From the IMG/VR virus record IMGVR_UViG_3300017971_000007: a stretch of DNA of 64,000 nt, one strand, 5' to 3'. This DNA comes from a virus. The position numbers and the translations under genes are program-made. Shown here in pieces: positions 46,334-56,768 of this stretch; position 1 is the first letter of the stretch; every line of letters starts with the position of its first letter. The notes below the pieces were generated by a model. It did not search any database, had not been told where the DNA came from, and saw nothing but the letters and a program-made list of their open reading frames with translations.

Positions 46334-48208
46334 ATGGGTTTCGGTACAACATTTGGTTCAACATTAGGCGCTGATGGAGGCGCGGCAGAAGGTTTTACGC
46401 CCGAAGAAGCAACACCTCATATCCCAACATTGACATCGGTAATCGGGCTGAACATGTCGGCCGGAGCTCCAGTCCATGAGGACCTCGGCTGGCAACGCCT
46501 TCTGAGTACACCGCTTAATGTAGCCGATACTCTCGAATCGGACGTAGATGAGCGAAGTTTCGCAGACGCCTCCTGGCAGCGGTTGTTATCCACCCCCTTA
46601 AATGTTGCCGACACATTGGAGTCTGATGTAGATGAGCGGTCCTTTAAGGACGCTTCTTGGCAACGGCTTCTTTCGACTTCCCTGAATGTAGCCGACACAC
46701 TGGAATCTGATGAAGAACCATCGCGACCATTTATAGATGGTCTGTCCCCGTGTACCATAGGTTCGGAATTCAGAAACAGCGCTCTGGCTGCAGCAAAAAT
46801 AAATTCCTCAGATCTTCTTGAGGTCATTACTCCTGCCCCTGGCGGTTCTGGGAGTGCGGGAGACACTGTCATTATCCCGTGCGGGGACAGGGTCCCGGAA
46901 TGGTATGGAACGAATCCAGAAATTGGGCAATCCCAGCCGGCTAATACTCCTGCTGGTTTGGATGACTTAAAAACTATAATTACCGTGAATAGTGCCGTGA
47001 TATACAAGAATGGGTCGGCGTTGGGAGGATGGACGGTAGATAAACCAGCAAACAATATCAAGGGATTTAATTACGGACTGACAGGTCCTGGAGGAATACT
47101 TCCTCTCGGTTTGGTCACTATCGGCGTCTACTTAGAGGGAGTCAGAAGCGACTATTTCGAATACTCGTTTACGTCCTTGGAGGGGGATCCCCCGTATATA
47201 ACAAATCAAGACCCGGCACCGTCAGATACCGGAGTTCCTAGAGATAAGGTCTTGTATCTGGAAGTCGTAGATGACGTATCTGGAGTAGACCTCAGTCAAA
47301 CCGATTTATACGTAGAGGGAAATCTGGCTTTTGTCGGAGCGACAAGTACCTTCGTTGCTCCATATAATGGGGCCTCGTCTGCAGTAGCTTCTATAGCTAA
47401 GGGATACAGCTTTTACGTACACAAGACGTCGGATTGGGAATCATACAAAGAAATATCTGTAGGAGCGGAGTCTAAGGACGGAAGCGGTAATATCCTGGAA
47501 TTGGCTGCGTCGACCTACTATTTCAGGATAGAAGATTACGAGGCCCCTACATTCCACAACGAATCTCCGACTGGTGTCGGTGCTAGCAAAACAACATCTA
47601 TATTCGTTGAAATCAGGGAGACATCCGGAATAGGAGTCAATACCGCAGAAATTAACGCCAATGTTAGTGGTATCTCTGCTGTCATAGGCGGCGTGTTTCA
47701 GGCTGGTTTTTCTGGATCCATCGTCCCGAACGCGTTCAACGGGTACAATCTTACGATAGACAAGGATACTGATTACGCCTCATTCGCGAGTATCCCTGTG
47801 TCAATATCAGCTAAGGACCTGAGCGGAAATTTGGGGTCCATAAACTGGACTTTCCAGGTCGAGGACTATCTAGGCCCCCTTATTCTGCCAATAAATCCGA
47901 TAAATGGGCAGATTCAAGTAGCTATAACAGAGAATATATCCGTGAATTTAAACGATGAAGATTCTATAGATATGGCTACTGTTGTGATAGAAGTGGATAA
48001 AACAGGGACAGGGACATCATTTGAGGTGGCGTTTACAGGAGGCTCCTTTACACCGGATTTTGACGGCCCGAGCTCTATGATTGCTCCAGACGGCACCCCA
48101 GACGATGTCTATATCATCATAGATCCGGTGAACCTATTGCCTCCGAATACTCTCATCTATGTTAGGATTACGGCAAGAGACCCAACAGGGAATAACGAGC
48201 GCTTGTAA
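46334..48208 (+). CDS. structural protein with a 28-aa triple repeat and tandem Ig-like domains, 624 aa
   Basis: repeats DPPYITNQDP / EAPTFHNESP / LGPLILPINP mark Ig-like domains. Confidence 0.7.
   Translation: MGFGTTFGSTLGADGGAAEGFTPEEATPHIPTLTSVIGLNMSAGAPVHEDLGWQRLLSTPLNVADTLESDVDERSFADASWQRLLSTPLNVADTLESDVDERSFKDASWQRLLSTSLNVADTLESDEEPSRPFIDGLSPCTIGSEFRNSALAAAKINSSDLLEVITPAPGGSGSAGDTVIIPCGDRVPEWYGTNPEIGQSQPANTPAGLDDLKTIITVNSAVIYKNGSALGGWTVDKPANNIKGFNYGLTGPGGILPLGLVTIGVYLEGVRSDYFEYSFTSLEGDPPYITNQDPAPSDTGVPRDKVLYLEVVDDVSGVDLSQTDLYVEGNLAFVGATSTFVAPYNGASSAVASIAKGYSFYVHKTSDWESYKEISVGAESKDGSGNILELAASTYYFRIEDYEAPTFHNESPTGVGASKTTSIFVEIRETSGIGVNTAEINANVSGISAVIGGVFQAGFSGSIVPNAFNGYNLTIDKDTDYASFASIPVSISAKDLSGNLGSINWTFQVEDYLGPLILPINPINGQIQVAITENISVNLNDEDSIDMATVVIEVDKTGTGTSFEVAFTGGSFTPDFDGPSSMIAPDGTPDDVYIIIDPVNLLPPNTLIYVRITARDPTGNNERL
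46490..46711 (+). repeat. ~2.6 tandem copies of an 84-nt unit encoding WQRLLSTPLNVADTLESDVDERSFADAS
   Basis: units start at 46490, 46574 and 46658. Confidence 0.95.
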
Positions 48209-51200
48209 TGCCAGTAACCTATAGTTTCACTACCGAATCAATAACCGTTCCAACTTCCGACGATTTTCCATGTTTCGACATCACAGAAGGAGGAATGCCT
48301 TATTTCAGTCTCTATTCTGGGGTTGGGGTAAGCCGGGGGGCTCCATGGACGGATGTGGATGGCGACGACTTCGTCATGACCAGCGATGATAGTATAGAAA
48401 CGATAGTAACTATAAGCCTGCCCATAGGACAGAAGTTCACTCTAGAGACTCAATTTAAACCGACCGACCTTCCGCATGATCTAAGCGCTCTCGATAAGGG
48501 AAGGTTCTTTATCGCTGTTTTTGATGCCCAAGATAATGCCGGCGGGGTTCTCCTATCCAAGACCGGATTGGCTATAGTTTCCTCATACGGAAACACCGTC
48601 ATGCCGATATTCGACAGCAATGGAATTGTGGAAGAGGGAGACGATTACTATACCCTAAGAATGGTGGTGGACGGGACCAGCAACGTAATGGATTTATACA
48701 TTACGAAGACCGCGGAGTTGGATGAGACTGGACATCAACTCAGATACACGACAGCAGCCCCAATTACCCCTTCCGGGACCCCAGACCAAGTTCGGATTGA
48801 AGTACTAGGTCATCCGAGCAAGATAACGAAGGTAGCGTTTACTACCATGAGAGTGAACTGCGTTGACCTTCTGATTCCAAATAAACGTCCCATCGCGGAT
48901 ACCGGGCAGGACCAGACCGCGTCTCTCGGTTCAATTGTTGGATTGGACGGCACAAGAAGTTACGACCCTGAGGGGGAGGAACTGACCTACAAATGGTTTC
49001 TGTTTGCAGCGCCTAGCGGCTCGTCATACAGACAAGATGGAACCGGGGGATTCAGTCAAGATGACGGTGATTCTGACGGATATACGACTATATTCGAGGA
49101 GACAGGGAATCCATGGAGCGTAGAGAACTCCCCGAGTCTCCAGCCAGGTGACCTTCTAATAGTCGGCGGAAATCAATTCGAAGTAGCTGCTACAAATTGG
49201 ACATATAACTCATCAACCCAATTATATGAAAGAGATGTTGGGTTTGATTCAAATAAGCTGATTCTGGTTAAGGATATTTTGCCTGATGACTTGTCGAGTT
49301 CGGCATGGACGTTGTATCACCAGACAACTTTCTTCGATGATAGAACGGACCCACAACCAGGATTCGTTCCAGACATCTACGGGATGTACGGGATTCAACT
49401 CATCGTAAATGACGGTCAACTGGATAGTCTTCCCGACCAGGGTCTAGTGAATGTCGCAGAAACGAACATCGCTTTCGGATATATCCCTGACGTTAATTTC
49501 ATATGGGATTATCTGTCTGACGCCTGGGACATGTATTATGACAGAGGTCCCATAACAACTATATGGTCATCCATAGCTCAGATTGCATCGAACATCCTTT
49601 TAACAGCCTGGCAACTGGATTACGCCAAAAGTCTTGTTGATATCCAAAGACGTTTTCAAAGAAGATGGCTGAACTACGGGACGTTTCTGGAAGAGCCTTC
49701 CCTTTACAAGGATGACGTGGACCTGAAGCTGGTAAGAGGCAGAATTATTAGTGGAGAACTTAGCACCTCCATAGTATTCACTGAACCCGTGGAATTGATT
49801 CTAGTAAGGGATGGGATGACTACATTCACTGTATCTCTATCCGGGACAATGCACGTGTCAGAGATTGTGGATGCCATTAACTCCGCCTTAGGTGAATCAT
49901 TAGCCACTACCAAGACCGCCTCATACGATGAATTTGTTGTGGTAGACATGCCTGTAACGGTATTTATCTATCTGGAATATAGCAAATTGCTGGTCGTGGA
50001 TAAGAGCGGTTCGGCGAATTCATACCTCGGATTTAGTACTGAAGAAGACACAGAGAATCGATTCCTGGGATGGAATGGGGAGATAGGCTCGTCCGTTAAA
50101 GCTTTGGACCTAGATGGATTTCCTGCGCTGATTTTTGATTTCACTGAAGAAGACATTGAGAGGCAGGACCTTCTAATTTTTGAGGACAAGGGATTCGAGA
50201 TTCAGAAAGTTGCGGGAGCGACAGAGCTAACTACGCTTCAGGACCTATCCCTTAGCTACAATCCATCTCATGACAGGTCTGAAACATGGGAAATAAGCTC
50301 GTTCATCCGTTCAAAGACAACGAACTTCACTAATGAGCTAGTTAAATTCGGGGATATCGTAACGATAGAAGCGAGGAAGACTGGGGAATTAACCTGGACA
50401 GAATTAACCTGTCTGGTCACAGGTGCTAGAGGAAACACTCTGGGATTTAATCCACGGCCGTTGTATGAACTGGCCGGTGAGGATGATATCTCCGACTATG
50501 AGGTGTCGTTGATTGGAGTCCGTAGGACAAAATCAATCCCAGTGGATGACCTAGTTATCAGCATTCCCAGGCTCCAGGAAATAATACTAGACCCTCCATC
50601 ATTCCTCTCTGAAAACAGAGATTATAGAATCTACAAAGAAGATGACATAAACGGGATACATTTCGAGAACGTCTTTAGCTTCGACTCCCCTCCTCCGGAT
50701 TATCTGTGGGCGGAGACTACATATTTAGACAATAGGCCTATGATAGAGACTAATTTTGGGAAAGCCGTAGATTTCACAGTAGAGAATCTGGATACGAGAA
50801 CAGATGATTTAGATTATCTGTCCGCGGTACAAGGCCTATGGTATGCATTCTTTAACGGCCCCAGCTTGTGGAGAGTCAGAGTAGGAATCCAAATTCTACT
50901 AGGACTTCCGTTTGCAGAAGTTGACGGAATAGTCACTGATATAAATGAGACATACAACGCCGCGACCATAAGAATTCTCATCCAAGATAAATCAGATTCC
51001 TCTGTCATCCGCTCGTACTTCATACCCCGGAGCGTGAATATGGAGGAGGATGGGGAATCCATGATAGAGGTGAATCCTTCTACAGGCGTTGAGTATGTTG
51101 TCGGGGATGAGGTAGAGCAATTTTCCCCCTTATCAAAAGGTGTGGAGGTCGCTGATTGGATAAAAAGCGAGGATTGGTGGTCTAGATATCATGGGCAGGG

Positions 51201-51792
51201 AGTCCTTCGTGAGCTAGATAAGTTCTTTCATCATCTGGCTATTGCAGATGTCGACGTGTTCAATATCGCCAATCTGGTGTTCGCTATAGATTTTCTGAAA
51301 ACCATAAAACCTCACTACACGTTCCCGTTTTGGGTAATATTCAAAAGACTCTCCCCAGATACGATAAGTACGACAGATTATTTGCAGATGCACGGAACAA
51401 AGTATCTGTTCGACCATCCTGCGTGCGCCAAACAGATAACCGACCAGGGAGTTGGGGGAGCTTACCGGTTCGATGATGTCGATGGAGTTGGGGTCGTTAA
51501 CTGGGCTTATGACGGTGACCCATTGGGCGGGAGTACCAAGCCGATGTTTCTCTATGACAGGAAGCGGTTATGCCCTGACGAGGAAATCCATGTCATCATG
51601 ATTGGATATTTCTCTGGAGGAATTTTCCCGTTTGATTGGATTTGGGCGTTCGATGATGGAGGCGGGGAGGATATAATCCCGCTATCCGGCCCGGTGGCAA
51701 CTTATCCTCCTCCATACGGTCCGGTTGTCGGAGCAATCAAATTTGATACATCGTATGGTGCAGGCTGGTATACTCGTGGTAAGAAATTGTAG
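48208..51792 (+). CDS. baseplate wedge-type protein with PKD-like domain, 1194 aa
   Basis: PIADTGQDQT...LDGTRSYDPEGEELTYKW; C-terminal FLKTIKPHYT resembles the gpI/gp7-like KPAH motif. Confidence 0.6.
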   Translation: MPVTYSFTTESITVPTSDDFPCFDITEGGMPYFSLYSGVGVSRGAPWTDVDGDDFVMTSDDSIETIVTISLPIGQKFTLETQFKPTDLPHDLSALDKGRFFIAVFDAQDNAGGVLLSKTGLAIVSSYGNTVMPIFDSNGIVEEGDDYYTLRMVVDGTSNVMDLYITKTAELDETGHQLRYTTAAPITPSGTPDQVRIEVLGHPSKITKVAFTTMRVNCVDLLIPNKRPIADTGQDQTASLGSIVGLDGTRSYDPEGEELTYKWFLFAAPSGSSYRQDGTGGFSQDDGDSDGYTTIFEETGNPWSVENSPSLQPGDLLIVGGNQFEVAATNWTYNSSTQLYERDVGFDSNKLILVKDILPDDLSSSAWTLYHQTTFFDDRTDPQPGFVPDIYGMYGIQLIVNDGQLDSLPDQGLVNVAETNIAFGYIPDVNFIWDYLSDAWDMYYDRGPITTIWSSIAQIASNILLTAWQLDYAKSLVDIQRRFQRRWLNYGTFLEEPSLYKDDVDLKLVRGRIISGELSTSIVFTEPVELILVRDGMTTFTVSLSGTMHVSEIVDAINSALGESLATTKTASYDEFVVVDMPVTVFIYLEYSKLLVVDKSGSANSYLGFSTEEDTENRFLGWNGEIGSSVKALDLDGFPALIFDFTEEDIERQDLLIFEDKGFEIQKVAGATELTTLQDLSLSYNPSHDRSETWEISSFIRSKTTNFTNELVKFGDIVTIEARKTGELTWTELTCLVTGARGNTLGFNPRPLYELAGEDDISDYEVSLIGVRRTKSIPVDDLVISIPRLQEIILDPPSFLSENRDYRIYKEDDINGIHFENVFSFDSPPPDYLWAETTYLDNRPMIETNFGKAVDFTVENLDTRTDDLDYLSAVQGLWYAFFNGPSLWRVRVGIQILLGLPFAEVDGIVTDINETYNAATIRILIQDKSDSSVIRSYFIPRSVNMEEDGESMIEVNPSTGVEYVVGDEVEQFSPLSKGVEVADWIKSEDWWSRYHGQGVLRELDKFFHHLAIADVDVFNIANLVFAIDFLKTIKPHYTFPFWVIFKRLSPDTISTTDYLQMHGTKYLFDHPACAKQITDQGVGGAYRFDDVDGVGVVNWAYDGDPLGGSTKPMFLYDRKRLCPDEEIHVIMIGYFSGGIFPFDWIWAFDDGGGEDIIPLSGPVATYPPPYGPVVGAIKFDTSYGAGWYTRGKKL

Positions 51793-51801
51793 AGGTACTC
51801 G

Positions 51802-52509
51802 ATGATTTTAAGAGATTATCCGTTAAAACCTGACGGTCTACTAATCCCAAGTAATCTTGAAATTATAACTAGGGTAAGAGGCAAGAAAGTTAGGAATCAT
51901 TGCCGTAAATTTCACAATATTTGGGTCGATCTCGGGAGGGAGTATCTTGCTCGGGTTGTAGCACCGAATGATACCCTAGATGATCACTATAACGAGCCTC
52001 CAAGAGAGTTCGTGATGTATTACGGAGTCGGTATAGGGGGAATTCATCAGACAAACCCGGCAGCGTACCAATCTCCTCTTTCTGTGGATTATCCTCCAGC
52101 TCATGCAAGCGGATTGCCCGGGAATCCTGGTAATAGCTTTGAGGATGATGACCTGACTATCGCTTATCTAGAGAGGCCCGTAAAAATACATCAATCAAGT
52201 TACATCTGGCTGGATAACGTAATCACACCAGTCACGTTCTTAAACAATAGTCGGACTGTAAGATTAGATCATCTATTCACAGTCACGGATATCAATAACG
52301 CGAGGACTCCAGCGTATGACCTGGTTCCGATAAGCGAGGTTTGTCTGTGTCTATCAACACAGGACCCTGACGCGACGAACGTCTATGATTCAGGAGCCCC
52401 GAATTATGTCGGAGCTGGAAGACCTCAAATATTGGCGTATAAACCATTCAGCCCGATACCCGTGACTCTGAACTTCTCGTTGGAGTTCAGATGGGAACTG
52501 AGATTTTAG
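51802..52509 (+). CDS. baseplate / tail-fibre attachment (collar-like) protein, 235 aa
   Basis: NIWVDLGREYLA...GVGIGG...ISEVCL...LEFRWELRF pattern. Confidence 0.55.
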   Translation: MILRDYPLKPDGLLIPSNLEIITRVRGKKVRNHCRKFHNIWVDLGREYLARVVAPNDTLDDHYNEPPREFVMYYGVGIGGIHQTNPAAYQSPLSVDYPPAHASGLPGNPGNSFEDDDLTIAYLERPVKIHQSSYIWLDNVITPVTFLNNSRTVRLDHLFTVTDINNARTPAYDLVPISEVCLCLSTQDPDATNVYDSGAPNYVGAGRPQILAYKPFSPIPVTLNFSLEFRWELRF

Positions 52510-52518
52510 GAGAGTAGA

Positions 52519-55500
52519 ATGACCTTACCTCATCCAAAAGATGAAACTAATCCTGGTGATTTCTTTTATCCAGGAGCTCCAGATATCCAATTTGCTGATA
52601 CTCCCGGTCCAGCCGGTTCAAGAGCAGTGGAATTCGGAGAAGATGGATTATCTTCTGCCATAAATCGAGGATTCTACGCTCTCTTAAAAAACATAGAGTA
52701 TGTCTATAATCCCCTTGCAACGGACTTGGCTCGTCCGTCGTTTGTATCCTGGACCCCGGCTGGCGGAAGCGGTGTCTCATATACATTCACCGGCGTAAAT
52801 CTGTTTGTGGGGCATGCAGATTTATACCTGCCGGAAACTCAAGCCATCAGAGACAGCCTAATAGGCGTATTAGATGGGAATTATAACGAGCTCATAGACC
52901 CGACAACTGGCGATAAAATCGTTGTTAAAGAGATAAAAAACAACGGTGACACGGCCACGGTTGTCGGGACTGAATTCTATGACGGTGGAGCTATCGTAAG
53001 GTTCAAAAGAGTTCATCCGGTGACTGGGGTATCCGGATCGGATTACACTATCCCGGACGGGACTGCTGTACGATTTGCTGTCGGGGTTAGAGCAATCTTA
53101 GAAAATATTCCCGACGTCACGGAAGGGAAATATCTCCAGGATATGATGTACAAGGGATTCCCGAGAGGTGTATCGGAAATCCATGCCTCATCGTTCGTGC
53201 GCGACGGCTCCAGGAAGATGCTTGGGGACATCAACATGGACTCCAATGATATCAACAACGCCGTCATAATTAATAGCAAGTCCGCGACCCCGGCCGAGGA
53301 TTTGGATATAAGAGGCTCCAACAATCTTCTCCTAAGCGCATTGGATGCCGATGCTACTGGTACCGAAGGCCTTATAAAGATTGACGACAGGCTTCTTACG
53401 TCGGCAATAAATTTCAACGACTCCGAACCATCTGTGTATGCCCCTGACTCCATAAACACGAGCGTGCTGGGGGCATTAAATAGTCACGGTAGGCAGATTG
53501 AGGCCCTGTCCGGAGTAAATCTTATTTCCTACGCCTTCTATTTCAATGATGCTACGGGAGAGATAACCTGGGATGACATTATCTACAGTGTCGGAGGAGA
53601 GATTAGGAAAATAGATGCTGCTGGAGCTGGAAGCGGTTTCACCCCCACTTTATCGGATACGGACCTGTACCTGGTCATAGACTCCACGGGAGCCATAAAC
53701 GATAGGGAAGTATCTACGGGATTCTCTTTCGGGGACATCGCCCTTTACAACATCTATTACGATTCCGGGACCCCAGAGTATTCGTACAAGACGAGTCTCA
53801 CGAGATATTTCAGCACCAAATCAGATGCTCTACAACTTACCGTAGGATACAAGCCTGGTTCGGATTTCGGTGATTTGCAGAAGGCTTTGGATTTTGTGGC
53901 TCATCTTGGGACCACGTACTATATGCCGGGAGTTCCGTCCATAAAAATTCTGGACTATGTACTGTGCGGCAGCACTATCGAGGTAAAGTCCGATGTCCGG
54001 ATATTTGGTTCGTATCAAGACAGCACTATCTATACCCAAGCAAATGCAGCTAATGATGGAATCAATTGCGGAAATTATCGAGTCATTATCGAGAATCTGA
54101 CTCTAAGACCTCAATACGCCAGTGCCGATGGAGGAAACGCGATTTTGAATCCTGGTAGTGGCAGTATCATACGCGACGTCTCTGTGGACGCCTCAGTCAG
54201 CAATTACAGGTACGCGTATATAGTAAAAGTTGATGGGGCGGCCAGAAAGAATATTCTGATAGATAATATCTACACGGTCGATGAGGTCATTCGCGGATTT
54301 GTGGATACTAATTCTGACGCCGAGAACGTGAAAATAAGGAATTGCAACTTCAGACTCGCCGGGGTCCTTATGTCTGGCAACCCGATAATATCTCTGGCTG
54401 GGAGTAATTGTACGGTCGAAGGATGTTATATCTGGGATGCGTACGAGGACCTTATCAGAATCGGGCATAACGGTCTTGTGAAAGACTGTATTCTGCAGAT
54501 GAATTTAGGCGCTAACGGTTATCCGATTGTCGTGAAAAAGTTCGTGACTGGTACAGGAATTCACACAGCGCGGATCGTTAACTGTTCCACAACAAATGGA
54601 TTCTATTCTATATACATAGACTATAACTCCGAGACGAACATTTTCCTTGATGTTGAGATAAACGGATGCACATTTGTCGGGCAGAATTTAGCTCTCTATT
54701 CCAAGTACCCGGTTGCCACGTTGGCCGAGGAAAGCTTAATTAAGTTCATCAATAACTACGTGGAAGGTGGGTACAGGTCTCTGTATTTGGAAAATACAGA
54801 ACGAGTAATCATAGAAGGAAACCACTTTGAATCCGTTCCCTCAGATTCCATCCTTTACATTACTGGAAGCACGAAAGTGACGTTTGACGGAAATACCGTC
54901 TCTGACTGGCCTACGTACGGAATTGCGTATCTAAGTTCTGATACGAATAGTTACTGCAGTATCACAAACAATGTGTTTGTGAATAAGACCGACGGAGGTT
55001 CAAGAACTTGTATCTATTCGACGGGCGTGAATTGCTCCGTTAAAAATAATCTGTTTTTAAATGATACAGGAGTGGAGGCTGATGAGTGGGTGACAATAGA
55101 AGACTACGTCCGTGGGTGTACGGTGGATGGAAATGTATTTGATAAGACGAAGACGCATTCTGTTAAAGCAGACGATACACTGGACGCTGGTAATGAAAAG
55201 GGGTTTCTGGTTTCAAATAACTATTTCATGGGTGTTGGTGAAAACGGCTCAGCCGTTATAGTTCACGGGTTTGAGGGGAGCATAATATCTAGTAATTCAT
55301 TCGTTCCTCCCGCTCTCTCTTCTGCTTCTGGCGCAGCAATAGAAATAGGCAGAAGAAGTGACTCTGCCTTGTATAAAGGAGATGAGACATTAATAATAAA
55401 CAATATAATTTCAGAATATAGAGGGAAAGGTAGAGATTGGGCCAGTAATCTGGCTTCTACGATAAACCTCTTTACTAGAAATTCGGATTATCCAGTAAAC

Positions 55501-56139
55501 TGCTCGATATCGAATAATATATTGATATCGTGTGGGTCTGATACCGATTCAAAGGACTGTAAGGTGATACGTTCTGATGGGTACTGTGATATATCATTGA
55601 ATTACATATACAATCCGAAAGGGCCTGGTTCGGGCGGGAGTTTGGCGGTTATAGAATTCGGAGAATATTCTAGAGTTTGTAATAATCACATTAAAGCTAA
55701 CGCCTTATATTTAGCTCGAGACACTACTCTTCTGAGAATAAGCGGCGAGTTCAGCAAAATTTCTGATAATTATGTAATGGTGACGGCTTCACGGGAATTA
55801 AATTTATTGCGCGGAATATCTCAATACTTGGGGAGCTCTGGTATTGGAGACGATGCAGAAAATTGTATGATATCTAATAATTTTATTGTTGTGGACGATA
55901 CTAATGTAATCACCGGAACGGCTGCTTCTATCTATTTACCTATAGCAGCAGATTACATTCAATTGCTCGGAAATAGAGCCACTGGAGATATAGATGCGGC
56001 GAATTTAAGTACATACTCCATAGTTATAGGAAATATGGGAGACACAATCTCCGCCTTACCGCAGGCAGTTACTGCGGATGATGCTAGTGCGGGCGGAACT
56101 AAAGGCGGAAATAGGCAGACAGCAGGAGGACCACTATAG
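52519..56139 (+). CDS. tailspike with right-handed parallel beta-helix (pectate-lyase-like), 1206 aa
   Basis: AGGAG SD; many I.NN.F / V.GN.F repeats after DFGDLQKALD. Confidence 0.75.
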   Translation: MTLPHPKDETNPGDFFYPGAPDIQFADTPGPAGSRAVEFGEDGLSSAINRGFYALLKNIEYVYNPLATDLARPSFVSWTPAGGSGVSYTFTGVNLFVGHADLYLPETQAIRDSLIGVLDGNYNELIDPTTGDKIVVKEIKNNGDTATVVGTEFYDGGAIVRFKRVHPVTGVSGSDYTIPDGTAVRFAVGVRAILENIPDVTEGKYLQDMMYKGFPRGVSEIHASSFVRDGSRKMLGDINMDSNDINNAVIINSKSATPAEDLDIRGSNNLLLSALDADATGTEGLIKIDDRLLTSAINFNDSEPSVYAPDSINTSVLGALNSHGRQIEALSGVNLISYAFYFNDATGEITWDDIIYSVGGEIRKIDAAGAGSGFTPTLSDTDLYLVIDSTGAINDREVSTGFSFGDIALYNIYYDSGTPEYSYKTSLTRYFSTKSDALQLTVGYKPGSDFGDLQKALDFVAHLGTTYYMPGVPSIKILDYVLCGSTIEVKSDVRIFGSYQDSTIYTQANAANDGINCGNYRVIIENLTLRPQYASADGGNAILNPGSGSIIRDVSVDASVSNYRYAYIVKVDGAARKNILIDNIYTVDEVIRGFVDTNSDAENVKIRNCNFRLAGVLMSGNPIISLAGSNCTVEGCYIWDAYEDLIRIGHNGLVKDCILQMNLGANGYPIVVKKFVTGTGIHTARIVNCSTTNGFYSIYIDYNSETNIFLDVEINGCTFVGQNLALYSKYPVATLAEESLIKFINNYVEGGYRSLYLENTERVIIEGNHFESVPSDSILYITGSTKVTFDGNTVSDWPTYGIAYLSSDTNSYCSITNNVFVNKTDGGSRTCIYSTGVNCSVKNNLFLNDTGVEADEWVTIEDYVRGCTVDGNVFDKTKTHSVKADDTLDAGNEKGFLVSNNYFMGVGENGSAVIVHGFEGSIISSNSFVPPALSSASGAAIEIGRRSDSALYKGDETLIINNIISEYRGKGRDWASNLASTINLFTRNSDYPVNCSISNNILISCGSDTDSKDCKVIRSDGYCDISLNYIYNPKGPGSGGSLAVIEFGEYSRVCNNHIKANALYLARDTTLLRISGEFSKISDNYVMVTASRELNLLRGISQYLGSSGIGDDAENCMISNNFIVVDDTNVITGTAASIYLPIAADYIQLLGNRATGDIDAANLSTYSIVIGNMGDTISALPQAVTADDASAGGTKGGNRQTAGGPL

Positions 56140-56140
56140 A

Positions 56141-56473
56141 ATGAATCAGATTGTCGAAATCCTTATAAGTTGGCAGGCTTTGTTGATATCGTTGTCGGTA
56201 TCCACGATTCTGCATCTAATCAAAGCCACGTACTTGTACGACAGGAAATGGTTTAAGGCTTTCATGCCTTTGTATCCTTTCGTACTAGCAGTTGGGATAG
56301 TGCTGATTCCAGGCATAGACCCTCCAGCCCCCATCAAATCCACAGTCCCGGAGATTCTGTACGGAGTCTATGCCGGTTGGTTGTCATCGTTCTCCTTTCA
56401 GCTATTCAAGAGCGTGCTCAAGAAAGGATTCGGTCTGAAAAGTCTGAATACGGATAATGCTGGAGAAGATTAA
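56141..56473 (+). CDS. holin-like membrane protein with 3 TM segments (start revised to 56141)
   Basis: AGGAGG upstream; three hydrophobic segments; basic C-terminus. Confidence 0.55.
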   Translation: MNQIVEILISWQALLISLSVSTILHLIKATYLYDRKWFKAFMPLYPFVLAVGIVLIPGIDPPAPIKSTVPEILYGVYAGWLSSFSFQLFKSVLKKGFGLKSLNTDNAGED

Positions 56474-56768
56474 GAAATACTGGAAATGGTTCGTGGCTGG
56501 TCTAGTATCAGCCACTATCGCTATAATGGGGGTATTGTTGTGGAGGAGAGGAAAGGTCAAAACGGATTCTGTAACCAGCGACAAGGCCGCGGACAAACTT
56601 GAGAAGGACTTAATTGAGATTCAGAAGAAGAAAGAAGACGACCTAAAAAAATTGGAGGAGCAGCGCAAGGATAAGCTCGGTAGGATGTCAGAAGAGCAGC
56701 ATGAAGAGTACGAGAAGTTGAAAAACAAACCCGTAGAGGAAGTTGCCGAATGGATAGACAAGCTCTAG
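56457..56768 (+). CDS. i-spanin-like protein (N-terminal TM + coiled coil)
   Basis: KKYWKWFVAGLVSATIAIMGVLLW followed by a charged helix. Confidence 0.5.
   Translation: MLEKIKKYWKWFVAGLVSATIAIMGVLLWRRGKVKTDSVTSDKAADKLEKDLIEIQKKKEDDLKKLEEQRKDKLGRMSEEQHEEYEKLKNKPVEEVAEWIDKL

Noticed and set aside
46490-46711. CRISPR-like or DGR-like repeat
   Set aside because: No spacers, differences are synonymous rather than adenine-specific, and no reverse transcriptase is seen in the window.
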